From contig VJWM01000025.1 of NCBI GenBank assembly GCA_010909165.1, positions 2,170,001 to 2,234,000 on the forward strand: DNA of 64,000 bases. The letters are read 5' to 3'. The notes beneath the pieces are model-generated. The model saw only the letters and a program-made list of their open reading frames with translations. It ran no database searches and had not been told where the DNA came from. The stretch is from Anthoceros angustus (Eukaryota > Plantae > Anthocerotophyta). The translations under genes and the position numbers were made by a program. Positions 15,544 to 27,902 of the stretch are shown piece after piece; within the stretch, counting starts at the first letter, position 1; each line of letters opens with the position of its first letter.

Positions 15544-16932
15544 TCAAGCCTCGCTGTACGCCGCTGCTTGCTCCATGGGAGTCGGCACTTTCCTGTCTAG
15601 CTCGGGTTCTCCATCCAGCGCCGAATGCCCTTGCAGGAGGGGATCCGTCGGCAGCAGCTGGCACTGCGCGTAGTTCTGCAGGAGCTGGTCGGCCAGCACC
15701 AAAGCCACCATAGCCTCCACCATGGGCACGGCTCGGGGCACGACGCAGGGGTCGTGCCTCCCGCGCGCCCGCAGCTCCGTCTCCTGCCTGTCTCTGGTCA
15801 CCGTCTTCTGCGCGCGGGTGATGGTGGAAGTCGGCTTGAACGCAATCCGCATCACAATCGTCTCGCCGTTGGAAATCCCGCCCTGGATACCGCCCGATCT
15901 GTTGGTCCTTGTCCTGATGTCCCCGCCGCTGTCCAGGTAGAACTCGTCATTGTGCTCACTCCCCGTGAGCAGCGTGCCCGCAAACCCGCTGCCAATCTCA
16001 AACCCTTTGGTGGCCGGGAGAGACATCACCGCCTTGGCCAGCTCCGCCTCCAGCTTGTCGAACACCGGGGACCCCAGCCCCCGCGGCACGTTCCGCGCGA
16101 TGCAGGTCACCACTCCCCCGACAGAGTCCCCCTTCACCCGCACCTTGTCGATGGCAGCGATCATCTGCTCCGCGTACTCGGCATCCGGGCACCTGCAGAT
16201 GTTGCTCTCGATCTGCTCGAGCGTCAGGCTCTCGTGGTCCACAATCCCCTCGGGAAGCTCCACCTGGTGCACTCTGGAGACGTAGGCCAGCACCTCCGTC
16301 CCCGTCTGCAGCTTCAGCAGCTTCTTGGCGACAGCCCCGGCGGCCACCCTCCCGATCGTCTCCCTGGCCGAGGACCTCCCCCCGCCCTGCACCGCCCGTA
16401 CCCCGTACTTGAAGTCGTATGTGGCGTCCGCGTGCGACGGCCGGTACGCCAGGCTCATCTCCGAGTAGTCTCCCCCACGTTGGTCGGTGTTGGGAACCGA
16501 GACGGCGATCGGCGTCCCCAGGGTGAGCCCGTCTCCCACTCCGGACAGGATCTTGCACGTATCCGTCTCCTTCCGCGGCGTGGTGATCCGGGACTGCCCC
16601 GGCCGCCTCCTGTCCAGCTCCACCTGCATATCCGCTTCAGAGAGCGGGATCCTCGGCGGCACCCCGTCGATCACACACCCTACCCCGCCTCCATGCGACT
16701 CCCCGAAGGTTGTCACACGGAAGGCGTTCCCGAACGTGTTCCCCACGCCTGCTCGCACCTCCAGCCGCCGCCTGCTGATGGAGAGTCCCGGGAGGGAGAG
16801 CCGCTTCGCCATGGCCAGCCACGGGCCCGAGGCCCGCAAACCCTGGCCTTCCAGGCACAGCCTGGAGGCGGCGGAAGAGGAGGATGCCGCCACATCCGCA
16901 GCCAATGCCTGACCGGCCACTAGAGAGCTCAT
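15544..16932 (-). CDS. aroC: Chorismate synthase, plastid-targeted, intronless CDS
   Basis: [83 protein letters not shown]; Ser/Ala-rich transit peptide from ATG 16932. Confidence 0.97.
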   Translation of the reverse strand: MSSLVAGQALAADVAASSSSAASRLCLEGQGLRASGPWLAMAKRLSLPGLSISRRRLEVRAGVGNTFGNAFRVTTFGESHGGGVGCVIDGVPPRIPLSEADMQVELDRRRPGQSRITTPRKETDTCKILSGVGDGLTLGTPIAVSVPNTDQRGGDYSEMSLAYRPSHADATYDFKYGVRAVQGGGRSSARETIGRVAAGAVAKKLLKLQTGTEVLAYVSRVHQVELPEGIVDHESLTLEQIESNICRCPDAEYAEQMIAAIDKVRVKGDSVGGVVTCIARNVPRGLGSPVFDKLEAELAKAVMSLPATKGFEIGSGFAGTLLTGSEHNDEFYLDSGGDIRTRTNRSGGIQGGISNGETIVMRIAFKPTSTITRAQKTVTRDRQETELRARGRHDPCVVPRAVPMVEAMVALVLADQLLQNYAQCQLLPTDPLLQGHSALDGEPELDRKVPTPMEQAAAYSEA

Positions 16933-17375
16933 CCTGGAGACGCCTCCGGCACCACCTACATATGCTCGATTCGCGCACAAAGCCTGCAGAGAGGGTGGAA
17001 TTCTGGAATGCAGCAATCAGAGGAAGCAGGAAGAAGCAAGCAAGAATTTGTGGGGAGAAGCAGCGATCTTCACAATTCGTGGGATTCGTCTCAAGGAGAA
17101 GTAGAAGAGACGTATCAAAGATTCGGTGCCTGATTGCTTGCTTGTTGTATGTGCTTCTCACAGCGACAACGTGAGGCAATTCCCGACCAGGAATAATTGA
17201 AGAGAGAGAGTAGGGAGAGCACTGATTGTAGTGAGAGGGGGGGAGAGTAGGTATGGACCTGGTTCGAGGTCGGGTTTAGTTAACCTGAGACCGGTGTTAG
17301 GGGACCGGAGAGTCCGGTTTGGAAAGAGTTCTGTTCTGCGTTGTGACAGTTGGAGCAGGCTGGCATATGGATCCA

Positions 17376-19341
17376 TGGACAGCATCGGAAGCATCCTGGT
17401 GCGCGAGCTTGGGGACATCAATAGGCTGATAGCCGGCACGGAGAAGGAGGTTGCTGAAGCTGCGGAACAGTCTGACAAATGGCTGCGAGTCAGAGAAGAA
17501 GACAAGGATTTGCAGCGGGATCAGACTTTGGCTACCACAAAAATCGCCTTTTATGCGCAAAGAGAGAAGAGCATCAGGAAGAATCTCAAGATCCAGATGA
17601 AGATCAAGCGAGTGCTGCTGGACCGGTTGACAGGACCAGGTACGGTGGTGTGATGTGAATTGACCTAATTGGGGTCTGTGGAGATGGATTTCATCTCATG
17701 TCTGGTGTTGGGCTGTTTGATTGCAGGGAGGGGCGGGCTTACAGCTTTGCCCACGACGCTGGGTAAGTATCTGCAATGTGGTTCACGCAAGCACGCACGC
17801 ACGCACGCACGCACTGGTGCCCGGCTTGTGCACAAATTCCTTTTGACAGCCAACTTTCACGAGTAGATGTGGATGTACGGGACCGCAGTAGAGAGCTGGC
17901 GGTGGCTTTGATCCAACCGTTTCAGGAGGCACCAGCCACCTCTGCTCAGTTGAAGGCTGCCATTGCAGCAGAGCTGCTGGAAAAGCTGCCTGTTTCAGAC
18001 CGGCTGTTCCCTATCTTGTGGCTGGATGACTGGCAGCTGACAGGCAAGTTTTTCATCCAAAGACGGCAGTATCAGGCCGACCGCCTGGAGTTCCTCATGG
18101 ACGATATCCTGGATGAGCCATGCAGCAACAACGAGGAGGAGGAGGTCATGAACCTGTTTGTGTGGGACTCGTTTTTCTACCGAGTTTGGACCAAGCTGGT
18201 GTCTCTGCTGGAACTAGGGGGCACAGTCACTGCCTACCGCAATTTGTCGGATCTCAGGCCCGAGTTCATGCTCTTCGCCCTCAACAGACTTATGCTGAGA
18301 CTGGAAGAGAGAAGGGCCGCTTCTGACATGGACTCTGCCTTGGAGTCACTGACCCAACTGAATGACGTCCTGCCATGCTACCTCGGCCTCATCCCCTGGG
18401 TCATCGGAGTGGGTGCTGCTGGCACACTGGTGAAGGCGTGGGCTTTTGTGAATGGAGAGCCACCTTTGCAGCTCTGCGACCAGATGGATGTTTCTACTTA
18501 CAGAGGGAAGTTTGAGTGCCTCAAGCTGTCCATCAACATCCTGCGTGCAGTCGTCTCCCTCGCGCCCTACTTTCGGAAAGTTGAGTTCAAACCCTACAGG
18601 CAGGAGCACAGAAAATACGGGCCTCTGAGCAGCATCGCCAAAACTATAATCGTGGACAACGACAGAGTAAGGAAGATATTGAAGCCCTGGTCTGTGCACG
18701 TCAGTGAAGGCTTCACCAAGCTGGAGTACGTGAGGCGGGCATACCAGGAAGTCACTGGGAGCGATCACCTGGTGACAGGAGAGTTCAAGGTTCCCAAAAT
18801 GGACAGATACCGGATGGATGTATCGCCAGTAGGGTTCGACAGGCCTCCCAAAGACGAACAGGAGTTTAAGGACGCCGTCAAGGCAGTGCTCCATGCTCTG
18901 GCTGCCCTGCATCAGGCAGGCCTTGTGCACAGAGACATCCGGTGGAAGAAGGTGTTGCATGTGGAGGGGAAAGGGTGGATCCTGATTGGCCTGGAGACTG
19001 TGTGGAAGGCTGGGGATATGCCCCTGTGCTGGCTCCCAGGTTGGAATGACCACGTTCTGGAAGAAGACAGGTGGACTATGGGAGGCCAGATGCTAGAGGA
19101 CGGTAAGTTCACGGCCAAGTCCGATCTGTGCTTGCTTGGGAAGCTGTTCGACGGATTCAGAAAGCCGTGGCCATACGGTTTCAAGCTCCCTGACACGAGC
19201 TTCCAGTACCAGGAACAACTGTTTCACAAGAAATTCGCAGATGCCGAAGACGCTCTTCAAACCTGGTGCAACATCAACACTTGGTATAAACCTAAACCTG
19301 TTCCCAAGCCGGCGGTTCCCATCCTCTACCCATACTACTAA
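17376..19341 (+). CDS. Crinkler(CRN)-like protein: N-terminal coiled coil, REase-like and kinase-like domains (probable pseudoenzyme)
   Basis: LRPEFMLF..LRLEERR (cf. RPDF..GEEK), PVGFDRPPKDEQE..AVKAVLHALAALH..GLVHRDIRW..V..WILIGLE; probable exons 17376-17639, 17727-17762, ~17867-19341. Confidence 0.7.
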
Positions 19342-19691
19342 GGTGAAATCCATTGTATATTACTAGTATCCATCGTACAAAAGTCTCAGGTAAAACCCAG
19401 TAGTGTGGGCTGTGGTCATTTATGGTAGGAAGAACGGTTTTCCTGGTTGACTGACGTGGAACAACGCCGTAGAAGAATGGAGGGAATTTCCTTCACGCAG
19501 AAGAGAGAAACGTGGAATTATGACAGTTGCGTGGTCAAATCTTCACGAAATCTTTCGATCTCTTGAAGCACTAGACGCGTGAGACTTGTTGCCCGAAAAC
19601 ATCCTTCCTCCACGGAAGATGTGTACACGATTGGGCTTGCGCTTACACCTGAATCTGTAGCTGAGCCTGGCAAAAAAGAGCTATCTGAGTT

Positions 19692-20478
19692 TCAAGTGCT
19701 CACTAATCCGGCAACGGTGCCCAGTAGGAACCAGAACACCAAGAGGGCAGAGAAGGCGACCCAGCCAAAGAGAAAGGGCCAGCCAGCCACGCGAACACCA
19801 AGACACAGCACTAGCACGGCAGGACCGAAAGCTTTCACAACAGCCATGGAATTCACCCATCGACCCTGCAACAGAACCAGGATTGCGATGTGCACCACAT
19901 TCCACTTGGTAGACCCTCCGTAGGCAATTCTGTTAAGAAAGTAGGCGACAAAAGAGTGGCAGTTGCATGTGAAGAAATTGTAGGAATTATGCTGGTAGTG
20001 CTGGGTCGCAATGCGAAGGCCATCGTCCCAGGAGAGGGCGGCCGTCCCCAGCCCCGCGTGCGCCCCGGCAGATTTACACTTGTGGGCTGACATGTTAGCG
20101 GGGAAGCAGCACTGTTGCCACCACAAACAATCCCACAGAAAAACCCAACACCGCGTCAGCAAGGCAAGGCAAGCCAAGACAAGCCCAATGCATACACAGA
20201 CAAACCCAACAAAACCCATCCCTTACCTTCTCCGGATTCAACCGCATGTATCTGGCAGCAGGGCCGAAGGCCAGAGCACCGATGTTGACGAAGTAGGGGC
20301 CTGCGAAGTCGCGGATGATGCCGTCCTCGCCGCACACGCCCACATGGCCCAAGAAGGGGCTCAGCCATGACACGATCGGCAATGGCGTCCACACCAGGCA
20401 GCAGGGGAATCGAGCCTTGGCCGCATCAATTGGCGCCTCCGCCAGCTTCCCCCCGCCTGGCCAGGCCTCTTGATCCAT
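19692..20478 (-). CDS. RTE1: REVERSION-TO-ETHYLENE SENSITIVITY1 (DUF778/TMEM222 family), 2 exons
   Basis: [51 protein letters not shown]-terminal TM helices. Confidence 0.93.
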
Positions 20479-21219
20479 GGAACTTGAGGCTAAACAGGAG
20501 CTGCTGATCGCAGCCCCGGCTTAGGGAAAACGGAAGCTCGAGCTCCCGTAACCTGGCGTCCTCATTCGCAACTTGTGACATGCGCCGTGACGCACCCGGC
20601 ACAACGCGCGCACTGTTAGACGTCATTGGGAACAGGAGATCCGCGATTTGGACCTAATCTATATTACAGATTCAAGCACATGCTATTCCAGGAGATAGAT
20701 AGTCATTAAACATAAGGCTAAGGGCCAGGTAGATGGAAGGACTACGGAGCTTGTGACATACGCAGCTAGATGACTTGTCGACACCCTTTGCAAGTGTCTG
20801 TAGGTATATGTATATTCCCTTGGGGGAGTAATATAATCTGTAGGGGTCAAATATATCCCCTGGTGGAGTAATATAAGAATCCCCTGATTGTCGATATTCT
20901 CACAATTTAGACACCTGGCCACCCGAAATCTCCGCTAAAAAATGTGCATCTGCATTCCACTCCAGGAGTTTCTGTACAGACACTGAGGCAGCTCTGATTT
21001 GCCAAAACTGTTTGCTGCCTCTTTCGCACCCACCGCCTCGGTGAGCTGTCTGCTAAACAAAACGGAATACCTAGGTAATTCATATGCCTCTTTACCCAGC
21101 TGAAGAAAGAAACGAGCACCTGCTCGTGGCACACAACCTTCATCCCGCAGGCAAGAGACACATTGAAGAAACTACTCATCTTCTGTACGGTACAAGACAT
21201 TTTGTGTGCACATACATCT

Positions 21220-22607
21220 TCATGACCCGTCTGACGTTTTGGTTGTCACGGCTTCCAAGTCCTGCTTGTATACTTCAAATTCGTCTGTACTCCATCTGCA
21301 AATCAGGTTCAGCTTGACAGCCGCCATCTGGATTCCTAAAAGCCTCTGCAGACAGTTGAAGGGAACCAAAAGTCAGAAGGCAGTCAAAAGCCCCAAAAGC
21401 TTCCAAACGAGCAACCTGCTCGGGAGCTAGTTTCTCACCAGTATCCTTGAAGCTTCAGGTGATATATGCTCGCCATCCCTGCAAACTGTGTGATCTCCCA
21501 CTAGCTCAACGATGCCTGCAAGTCCACCAACCATAGATCCAAGTCAGCAAATTCGCTCACAGAATTCGATAGGGTAAATAGAACTGGCTATTCATGGAAA
21601 AGGTCACGGTTACTGTGTAATCCTAGCACGATGGCCACACCTCTGTTCAACCTCACAGGCATTCCCTGTTTTCGAAGGAAAGGCTCCATATCGTGCGTGA
21701 ATTGCTCCAATGGTCCTTCCTTCAATTCCACCTATATCCAAGCACACCAAAAGACTGTTAGTCTTGAGGACTCCTTGGCCATGCGCAGGAAGGCTCATGG
21801 CAACGCAAGAAAGCATTACCTAGCAAATCCTACGTACCGTCTCTGTGGCAACACTCCCTGTGCGAGCATAATCATGCTCCTCAAAATTGTCAAATAACCT
21901 GCCAGCAAACCAGCAGTAAACAAACTCATTCACTCCATACAACACCAAGCCTCAGGTTGCAAATGAGAAAAACCGCGAGTCCTAACCTTGTTACTTCCTC
22001 TTTGGGAAGATTGGTTAGCAGCAACCCACGATTGCCCTCGAGCATCTGCACAAAGATGTAGAATTGCGTGAGCAGCGGGCTGACACAAGTCTGAAAAGGC
22101 CTCCGATTTCAACAATCAAGATTGGGGATGTAGCTCACCTCGCTGACTTGATGTAGCCCATCCCGCACCTCTTCCGCAGCTGACCGGCCTAGGGCCACCT
22201 TCAACACTTTATTTGACCCCAAAAAAAATCTGTTGTACCATATCGCCACAGGTGTGTAAGCTAAGGCCTAAATACCCGTTTGTACACCAAAACACTATAC
22301 TGGGGACTGGAAAACCTGCTGCTGGACTTCAGCTTGTGCTTCAGCTCCTTGAGCGTGCTGTTGCGCAGATTTTCATGGGAGAAGACGTACACGGACTTGT
22401 AGAGCTCAACGTGCTCCCTTACTTTCTTTACCAGTGATTCCTTGTGTTCCTTGCCCTTTTTCTGTGTCTTGGACGTGCTCACTGCACACCACCAGACGAA
22501 TCGGAGAAAACGTTCATGACTATGGCAGAAGGCAAGCACAACAGGAAACGCGGGCCGAAAGCGCTTGCAGCAGGCGTACCAATCTTGTTGCGCTTGGATT
22601 TGGGCAT
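21220..22607 (-). CDS. MRT4: mRNA turnover protein 4 / ribosome assembly factor (uL10 paralogue), 8 exons
   Basis: Spliced: [85 protein letters not shown]. Confidence 0.93.
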
Positions 22608-23308
22608 CGTGGTAGTTGCTGCTGGAAAGCCCTAAGTGCAAGGCCTCTCTATCTGGCCTCAAAAGCTCGCTTCCCCCGTGAGCCTAAGAAACTCGAGACA
22701 CGTTTGTAAACTGAGTGCGAGTGCTTCCCGGCTCAAACGGAGGCGTCGTATTTATATACCCATGAATATTTGACGTAATACTCTGGTTATTGGCCTCCAA
22801 ATGGACCAGCCATCGACATACATTATGTACAGTCCATCCCCCCTAATTGGGACTGGTTCGGGGTGCCTTTAGAGGTCCAATTAAGGAAGTTGTCCCGATG
22901 ATATTTTCTTTATTTAACAATAATAAGAATATTATAAACTTTAAAAAAGTAAAAATATCTAAAAAAGAAAATTTAAATTTTGATTGATAGGTTTTACTTA
23001 AAATAACTTTTACCACTTCTCATGTCGGCATGCATACAGATTGGTACGTATGTGACTGATAATACGGTAATACCTAGCTGGCATCACGGCGAGTGCATTT
23101 CAAGGTTCAAAACGGCTGAGTCCCTGGCCGGTAGGGTGCCCTAAAATCGAAAGCGGGCCGGATCCAGAATCAGATGAGATAAAGTGATTCGGTTTATGCA
23201 AACCCAGCCACTAAAATTCGTTGTTCATGGCAGAACCATACATGCTTAGGGCTGAAATTTGGCCCTAAGTGGACTAGATTTGGACATCACAGAAGAGGCT
23301 ATGTTGTG

Positions 23309-24292
23309 TTAATTGAGCCAAGCAGCTATGCCTTCAACAGTGGAAGCAGTAGTAGAGGGACTGAGCGTATTCCCACCAAAGATGGTGTCCAAGAGAGCGA
23401 AGACAATAGCCTCACTCGAGATTGCATGAGATGCCTCAACCCCGTCTGCTTGGACCTGAAATCGACAAAAGAAACAGCGACGTAGACAGTTTAGTCACAA
23501 GTGCATCTACATACAATGCTGCATGAGCAACAGATGTGTTGCAGTGCCCATAAAGCAGTGTAACCAACTGGACTGGTGAACTTCACTGTGAATACCGTGA
23601 GGTTGAGAAGGGACGGCGAGGGGAAGGCGTAGAGCACAGCCGAGCCCAGCTGGGAAACGGGCTGGAAGAACTGGAGCAGCTCCTGCAGCGCCTTCTCTTC
23701 TGCGTTGCCCAGCTTGCCTTCCTTGAGGAGCCTCTCCTTGATGGGGGCCTCCACTTGGCTTCCGTAGTGAGGCCCCGGGACTGGGCCCACCAGCAACCCA
23801 ACCTTGACAAGCTTCTCCACAGGTGCTGCAGAATGATGTGGTGAGACAGGGTCAGTCTGAGACCCTCATGAAATTTCAACCTTGGCAATTGATGCAAGCT
23901 TCTGGAAGGGTGATCCATTCTTGGGCACCTTTAATCAAGGCGGTGAAGAAGGCATTGTCCTGTGCCAGATCTTGAGCAGACTTGCCTTTCCAGGCTTGGA
24001 GGTGGGACGTGACATCCTTGTCTAAGTACACACCCAGCTGAGCCACTTTCACCTGGTTTCCTTCGATGTTCTTCTCTTCCACACCTGCCAGAGAGTGTGT
24101 CAAGCGAGATGTTTGTGCTTGGAGTCCGAAATTGCTATCAGTTTCCAAATCTTCGGTTTCCAAATTAGTCGATGCTCAGCACTGAAAGAACGTTGAGGAG
24201 TCTCAAGTAATACCGTGGCCAGCTAGGTGGAGGGTCTTGGAGCAGCCGGCAGGCGCAGTGATGGTTGCTTGGAGCTCCCCGGTCTGAGCCAT
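23309..24292 (-). CDS. CHIL: Chalcone isomerase-like (CHI-fold) protein, copy 1 (exons 24292-24214, 24084-23929, 23825-23596, 23455-23309)
   Basis: MAQTGELQATIT..LHLAGHGVEEKNIEGNQVKVAQLGVYLDKDVTSHLQAWKGKSAQDLAQDNAFFTALIKAPVEK..YGSQVE..AEEKALQEL..LSPST; typical 4-exon CHI structure. Confidence 0.85.
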
Positions 24293-25270
24293 GACGTCCT
24301 GTTGGGAAACCAATATTTCATGGTCAATGCCACAGTTCTGTCAAATTGCCTGCCAACATTCCAAGTTCAAATCCCCACAACCAAAGCATGTCGGAGCTAC
24401 GTACTGGACTTAAGGTGGAGTTGAAAACCGAAAACGGAGAAGGAGTCGGAGGGATGTAGACGCCTGGATCCTGGAGCCTGAAGAGATCGAGTTGCTGAAG
24501 GCAAATGCTGAAGGCGGTTGGGTGTCATGGGATCGAGAAGCCCAGTATATATTCATCATCTCGGCCGTTGAGCTTACTCCGTCCAGTCAACTCCGCTCTG
24601 ACAGAGAACCAACCACTGCTCAGCGCTTACATCTTTCCGCTAACACCAGAAACTTGTAACGAAGTTGCGAGGAAGTCCTTCTTGTCCACATGGGACCGGT
24701 TGCCCACTGGCCAACGCCATATGACGTTCCAGAACGCTTCCAAAACTTGATGCCTCGCTGATTGCACCATGAAACAACTAAGCTGTTAGCTTGTCCAATC
24801 CGTGATTTGGACCCACTGTATGCACCTCACTAGAAACCCATAAAATTTCGCTTTGGCTGTTTCCCACCTCGAGTGAGACAGGAGCCTCCTGTACATACAG
24901 TCCAGAATGGGTTGAACTCTGCCCTATTCCAAAGAAAACCGTATGCCATTTTTCCCGCCTTCATATCTTTCACCATTGATTCCTTATGCTCATTAGTTCC
25001 GTGCACTTTCTCTCCGTCCAGACAAGGTCACTGCACACCATCGCCACAGATCAAGCAGAAAACTTGCAGTGGGATATGTCAGTTTCATAACTTTCTATCC
25101 ATTACGTTAACCTGCCAAATCCCCTTGCGCTTGGATGAGGGCATCTTGAACTTCTGAGGGTTGACGCTGGGAAGCCCTAAAATAAGCACTCCCATCCTCG
25201 CTGCCACAAGTCTAGGTCAGAACTGTTGATTCACAAAAGCTGTTCAGATCGAGGTCAGGCTACTTCCAAC

Positions 25271-25898
25271 ATGCAGCAGGTTGGCTGTTTTTCCCGCATC
25301 CGGACCACCCTCCAGCAGCACTAACGTTGTCTGTTTCTTCAGACAGGTTCATCATCTTGGAGCGTTAAGCAAGTGTGCTGTGGTTCTGACAGGGAGAAGG
25401 AGTAGAGACCGAGGTGACTTGGGAGGACCAACAGAACATCAACACTTTCGGCAGGCTCAACAGCAAATTCCACGAGCTGGAAGATGAGATCAAGATCAAG
25501 AAGGTGAGACTGGTTTTGAGAATTAGGTCAGGCCAGAGCACGGTCAGTGTGGCCTGAGTCGTGCGATGTCCTGGCGCGTACTCGTGATGCTGATGCCAAT
25601 TGCCTTGTTGACATGATTCTCTTGTCATGTCGAAAAGGATACGGCAGAGAATCTCGAAGACGCAGGCAACGAGCTGATCCTGTCTGATGACGAAGTGGTC
25701 CGGTACCAAATCGGTGAGGTTTTCAGCCATCTGTCGAGGGATGAAGTGGAGAACAGGCTGGAACAACTGAAGGAGGAAACAGCAAACGAACTGGCTCGCC
25801 TGGAAGAGGAGAAAGATGCGGTGCTTGCCAAGATGGCAGAGCTGAAGAGGATACTGTATGGGAAGTTCAAAGATTCCATCAATTTGGAAGAGGACTGA
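25271..25898 (+). CDS. PFD4: Prefoldin subunit 4 (3 exons)
   Basis: MQQ|[23 protein letters not shown]..|..[43 protein letters not shown]. Confidence 0.95.
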
Positions 25899-27902
25899 GG
25901 TGCACCAAACTCTCTTCCATACCACTGCCATGGCTAGCATGCGCAGTAGCATGAGATGTGCTATAAACATCCCCCGTGAAGTTTTGAATTCCTTCATTTC
26001 CATTGCTAGCGGCTCAACACGGATTCTGCGGGCCATGGTACGATGCGACTCTTCTCATCCTGTGACTAGTATCGTTGGAATTATGAACAAAATCTACTCC
26101 TCCGAGTCACAGCTTCTCGTGTTAGTAAGGTATTCAGGAGCCTTTGCCGTTGCCGCCAATTATGCATCGCCACATATCGTTCCATTTCTCTATGCTCCAA
26201 TCTTTATGAAATTGATCTGTAGTCGGTGACGAGAATCATTCCCAAAGATACAGCGGAGTACATAACTGCAATATGAGAGGTTCTGAGCTGAGAGCGGGCT
26301 GTGATTTATGAGGCGTGGTTGGGGTTTCCTACTTCCACAGCAATTACTGGCCCTGGTCAGCATCCGCAGACGATATCTCCAACCCGTGATTCAGTTGCAG
26401 GCGCCATTACTACTCCAGCACAGGCATATGCATGAACGCCCGCCTGTCAGGCACGGGCATGATTGAGCAGGCAAACACACCGCATACGTACTGTACACTT
26501 AAGTACTCGCACTCTGGACAGACTTGATGACAACCTTCACCACAAGCCAAGCAGAGAGTGTACTGTAACGCCTATCTTTGAAGCTGTGTGTGTAAGCAGT
26601 GGAAGACCGGACCTACCAGGGGCCATCCTCATCCACAGAATACTCTGAGCTCAACTCGATCGCATGCTTACAAACATTTCTTACTAGAAATGATTTCCAC
26701 ATATGGATGGACATATACGGGCTTTGAAAGATCTTCCAGACTCTACGCTGTTCAGTAATGTATGCTGCAAGCAACAAGACATTAATCCAGCTGAAGTGTG
26801 AGGAGAATGACAGCCTTGTGTCGGTTTCAACCACATGAAAGGCAAGGACGACCACGGCCGTCAGGCGGCTGTAATGGAGATGGCGACCAGTCACGGCTAT
26901 GGCGGTGTGGCAGTGTCAGAAGCTTTGGCCCCGCCCTCTGATGAGCGATCATCAGGATCACCGCTGGCCTGGCTCCCTCCGCGCTTTCCACTGGCTGCCG
27001 CCTGTCGCTCTGGCTTGCTTCCTGTGAAAACCTCCAAAAAGCGAGCTGCATTGCCGCTCACGCTCTGACGAGCGGCTCCACCAGATCTCCTCCTCCCCGC
27101 ACTTGAGTGTAGTCATGTCGATCCTCAGATCAGCGCGGTAAAACCTACCTTCCTTGGCAGCATTCAAGGCCGGTGCGGTGCCCAGCTGCCGCTTGCTGCC
27201 GCCCTGATTCGCGATTCGTGAGACGTCTTCCGTGAGTCGTGTTTCGGTTCTTTTACTGTACGCAACGTTACCGTTTCCATGAGAACCGGGATGCACGTTT
27301 CCCAGAGCAGGGGCAAAGCCGCAAGGCAGCGTTTAATAAAAGATAAGCGACGGGAGCTGCGCGGACTCCAAGTGGCGGCCTGAGACGGGATTTGGCCGCG
27401 CCGTCCGCATTCTGTCCGCAGGGACAGGCACGATAACCTCAAACGCTGACCGTCTGCCAGTTTCGCCGGGCTTCTCCTGCAGCCGCCTTTGGCTTTGCTT
27501 TTGCCTTCTCTTTTCTCTTCTCCCACGCTTTATATTCCTGAGGTCTGCGCGGGCCTTTGTCTCGGTCCTCCTTGCCTGCCGCTGCTGCCGGTGCACCGAG
27601 CGTCTCAAGACTCGATATGCGTTTCACGCTTCACGCTCGGTGCTGGACTAGAGGAAGCCTGGCGCTCGTGCATGGAAGTCGGCATCGATGTGCTGGAAAC
27701 GAGACGCGGATTGATTCGCTGAAGGAATTCATTTCTATCGGCAGGCGAGCGCTGTGAGCAGCTCCTGGAGCGATGTCAGCGCTTTTGGCTCCGAGAATGT
27801 TCCAGTCTTTCGGATTCAGCTGAGGAAACGGAGCAGGTGGAAGCGGAGAAGGGCCTGGAGCAGAATTGATCGGAATTGGTCATTGTTTAGAAGGATTCAG
27901 CC

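Noticed and set aside
15625-16923. 432-aa plus-strand ORF and others overlapping chorismate synthase
   Set aside because: Antisense shadows expected from high GC3; no recognisable motifs
26400-27900. Short ORFs upstream of the PADRE gene
   Set aside because: No motifs or consistent splice structure recognised
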